In this document: in pieces, positions 48,753-50,738 of the stretch
Layout of the letters: each line of letters starts with the position of its first letter
How positions within the stretch are numbered: position 1 is the stretch's first letter
Origin: Chiloscyllium plagiosum
Taxonomy: Eukaryota
DNA: 50,738 bases
Assembly: GCF_004010195.1 (NCBI RefSeq)
Contig: NC_057718.1
Span: 8,362,191-8,412,928 of the forward strand
Direction of reading: 5' to 3'
Notes under the pieces: model-generated
The model's database searches: none
What the model was told of the DNA's origin: nothing
Seen by the model: only the letters and a program-made list of their open reading frames with translations
Made by a program: the position numbers and the translations under genes

Positions 48753-48939
48753 GACACAAGGAGTGCAGATTTTGACCCAAGAATAATGAAGAAATGGATG
48801 ATCCAGGATTTGGAGAGATGCTTAGAAGTAGCAATGTCTGAACTTTGGTCTTCCAGGTGCTGAAAATGGTAGTTTCGAAGGTGCAATTGAAGGAGCCTTG
48901 GAGGGTGGGTTGCTACATTAACATTATAGATGGTACACG

Positions 48940-49320
48940 TTGCATTGAGGTTTATAAAATCATGAGGGGCATGGATAGGCTAAGTAGACAAAGTCTCTTC
49001 CCTGGGGTGGAGGAGTCCAGAACTAGAGGGCATAAGTTTAGGATGAGAGGGGAAAAATATAAAAGAGACCTAAGGGACAACGTTTTCACGCTGAGAGTGG
49101 TACTTGTATGGAATGATCTGCCAGAGGAAGTGGTGGAGGCTGGTGCAATTGCAACATTTAAAAGGCATCTGGATGGGTATATGAATAGGAAGGGTTTGGA
49201 GGGATATGGGCCAGGTGTTGGCAGGTGGGACTAGATTGGTTGGGATATCTGGTTGGCATGGACGAGTTGGACCGAAGGGTCTGTTCCCATGCTGTACATC
49301 TCTATGACTCAATGACTCTA
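48940..49320 (+). mobile_element. CR1/HER1 LINE 3' end
   Basis: IEVYKIMRGMDR..SRTRGH..WNDLPEEVVEA..FKRHLD; tail CTCTATGACTC. Confidence 0.9.
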
Positions 49321-49599
49321 CTGTGTGCCTTTGTTGAATGGAGAGAATGTTCAGCTAATGGCTGAAATGCCAATGCAGTTGAATGACTTTACCTGCATTA
49401 GCAATCGTTTACTGAAGCTGGATCAAGTGAAGATTGTTTCTGGGTATGCCACAACACAGACCAAGACCTATGCCCTAGCCCCAAGCTTAAAAATGTTTTA
49501 AAAATCAAAATAATGTTGAAATAAAGCACCTCAAGACTGCCCCACCATTGCACAGACCATGATCAATTTTTATCCTTAATTCCACTTTTCTGCCACATT

Positions 49600-50738
49600 C
49601 CCTTTGATTCTGAGAATCTATTGAGTTTTTTGAAGAAGTAATGAAGAGGATTGATGAGGGCAGAGCAGCGGGCATGATCCATAGGGACTTCAATAAGGCA
49701 TTCAACAAGGTTCCTCATGGTAGACTGGTTATCAAGGTTAGATTGCATGGAATAAAGGGAGAACAAACCATTTGCATACAGAACTGGCTCAAAGGTGGAA
49801 GGCAGAGGCTGGTGGTAGAGAGTTGTTTTTCAGACTGGAGGCTTGTGACCAGTGGTGTGCCACAAGGATCAGTGCTGGGTCCACTGCTTTTTGTCATTTA
49901 TATAAATGATTTGGGTGTGTACATAGGATGTATTGTTAGTAAGTTTGCTGATGACACCAGAATTGGAGGTGTCGTGGACAGCAGCATCTTGATCAGATGG
50001 GCCAATGGGCTGAGGAGTGGCAGATGGAGTTTAAATTAGATAAATATGAGGTGCTGCATTTTGGAAAGGCAAATCAGAGCAGGACTTATACACTTAATGG
50101 TAAGGCCCTGGGGAGTGATACTGAACAAAGAGATCTTGGAGTACAGGTTTATAGTTCCTTAAAAGTGGAGTCACAGGGAGATAGGATAGTGAAGAAAGTG
50201 TTTGGTATGCTTTTCCTTTACAAACGAGAGGGACCATATTGTTGAAGAGGAGAGTGTGAAACGGACTGGTAAGCTAGAAGAGATACTTGTTAGGAAGGAA
50301 GATGTGTTGGACATTTTGAACAACTTGAGGATAGACAAGTCCCCCGAGCCTGACGGGATATATCCTAGGATTATGTGGGCAGCACAGAGGAAATTTGCAG
50401 AACCGTTGGCAATGATCTTTTCGTCTTCACTGTCAACAGGGGTGGTACCAGGGGACTGGAGAGTAGCGAATGTTGTGACCCTGTTCAAAAAAGGGAATAG
50501 GGATAACCCCAGGAATTACAAGCCAGTTAGTCTTACTTCGGTGGTAGGCAAAGTAACAGAAAGGGTACTGAGGGATAGGATTTATGAGTATCTAGACAGA
50601 CACTGCTTGATTAGGGACAGCCAGCACGGATTTGTGAAGGGTAGGTCTTGCCTTACAACTCTTATTGAATTCTTTGAGGAGGTGACCAAGCATGTGGATG
50701 AAGGTAGAGCAGTGGATGTAGAATACATGGATTTTAGT
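49600..50738 (+). mobile_element. Two abutting CR1 RT fragments (49600-50215 and 50220-end)
   Basis: DFNKAFNKVPHGRL, GVPQGSVLGPLLF, SKFADDT; then an upstream RT part KSP.PDGIYPRI, DWRVANVVTLFKKG, NYKPVSLTS, QHGFVKGRSCLT. Confidence 0.88.

Noticed and set aside
29700..50738. GJE1/NMBR exons expected upstream of VTA1 from vertebrate synteny
   Set aside because: No connexin- or GPCR-like peptide recognised in the ORF track or by eye.

Overview
Eukaryotic, repeat-rich genomic DNA from a cartilaginous fish, most likely a shark; this is inferred from many HE1-type V-SINEs and CR1/HER1 LINEs. The only host gene segment I can support is the first coding exon of VTA1 (minus strand, 29178-29295, ending at a GTAAGT donor), with a GC-rich promoter built from a ~46-bp degenerate tandem repeat. 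The main feature is a complete-bounded but defective endogenous retrovirus at 7068-14384 (+). It has TG..CA LTRs, a GATG target-site duplication, a perfect 18-nt tRNA-Trp primer-binding site, a PPT, and gag with YPxL and PPPY late motifs. It also has a UGA-CGG gag-pol readthrough junction, protease, a putative 2H phosphoesterase (two HxT motifs) between protease and RT, RT, tether and RNase H. Clean internal deletions removed the nucleocapsid knuckle, the integrase core and nearly all of env. The rest of the window is a mosaic of CR1, Rex1/Babar, RTE and Penelope fragments, SINEs, a Tc1/mariner-type MITE family and a decayed tRNA-Gly gene. Many short Penelope-derived insertions carry minimal hammerhead-ribozyme cores and often form inverted-repeat hairpins flanked by 9-17 bp TSDs. 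There are two assembly gaps (11145-11523 and 23352-23495). All calls were made by eye; no database searches were run.
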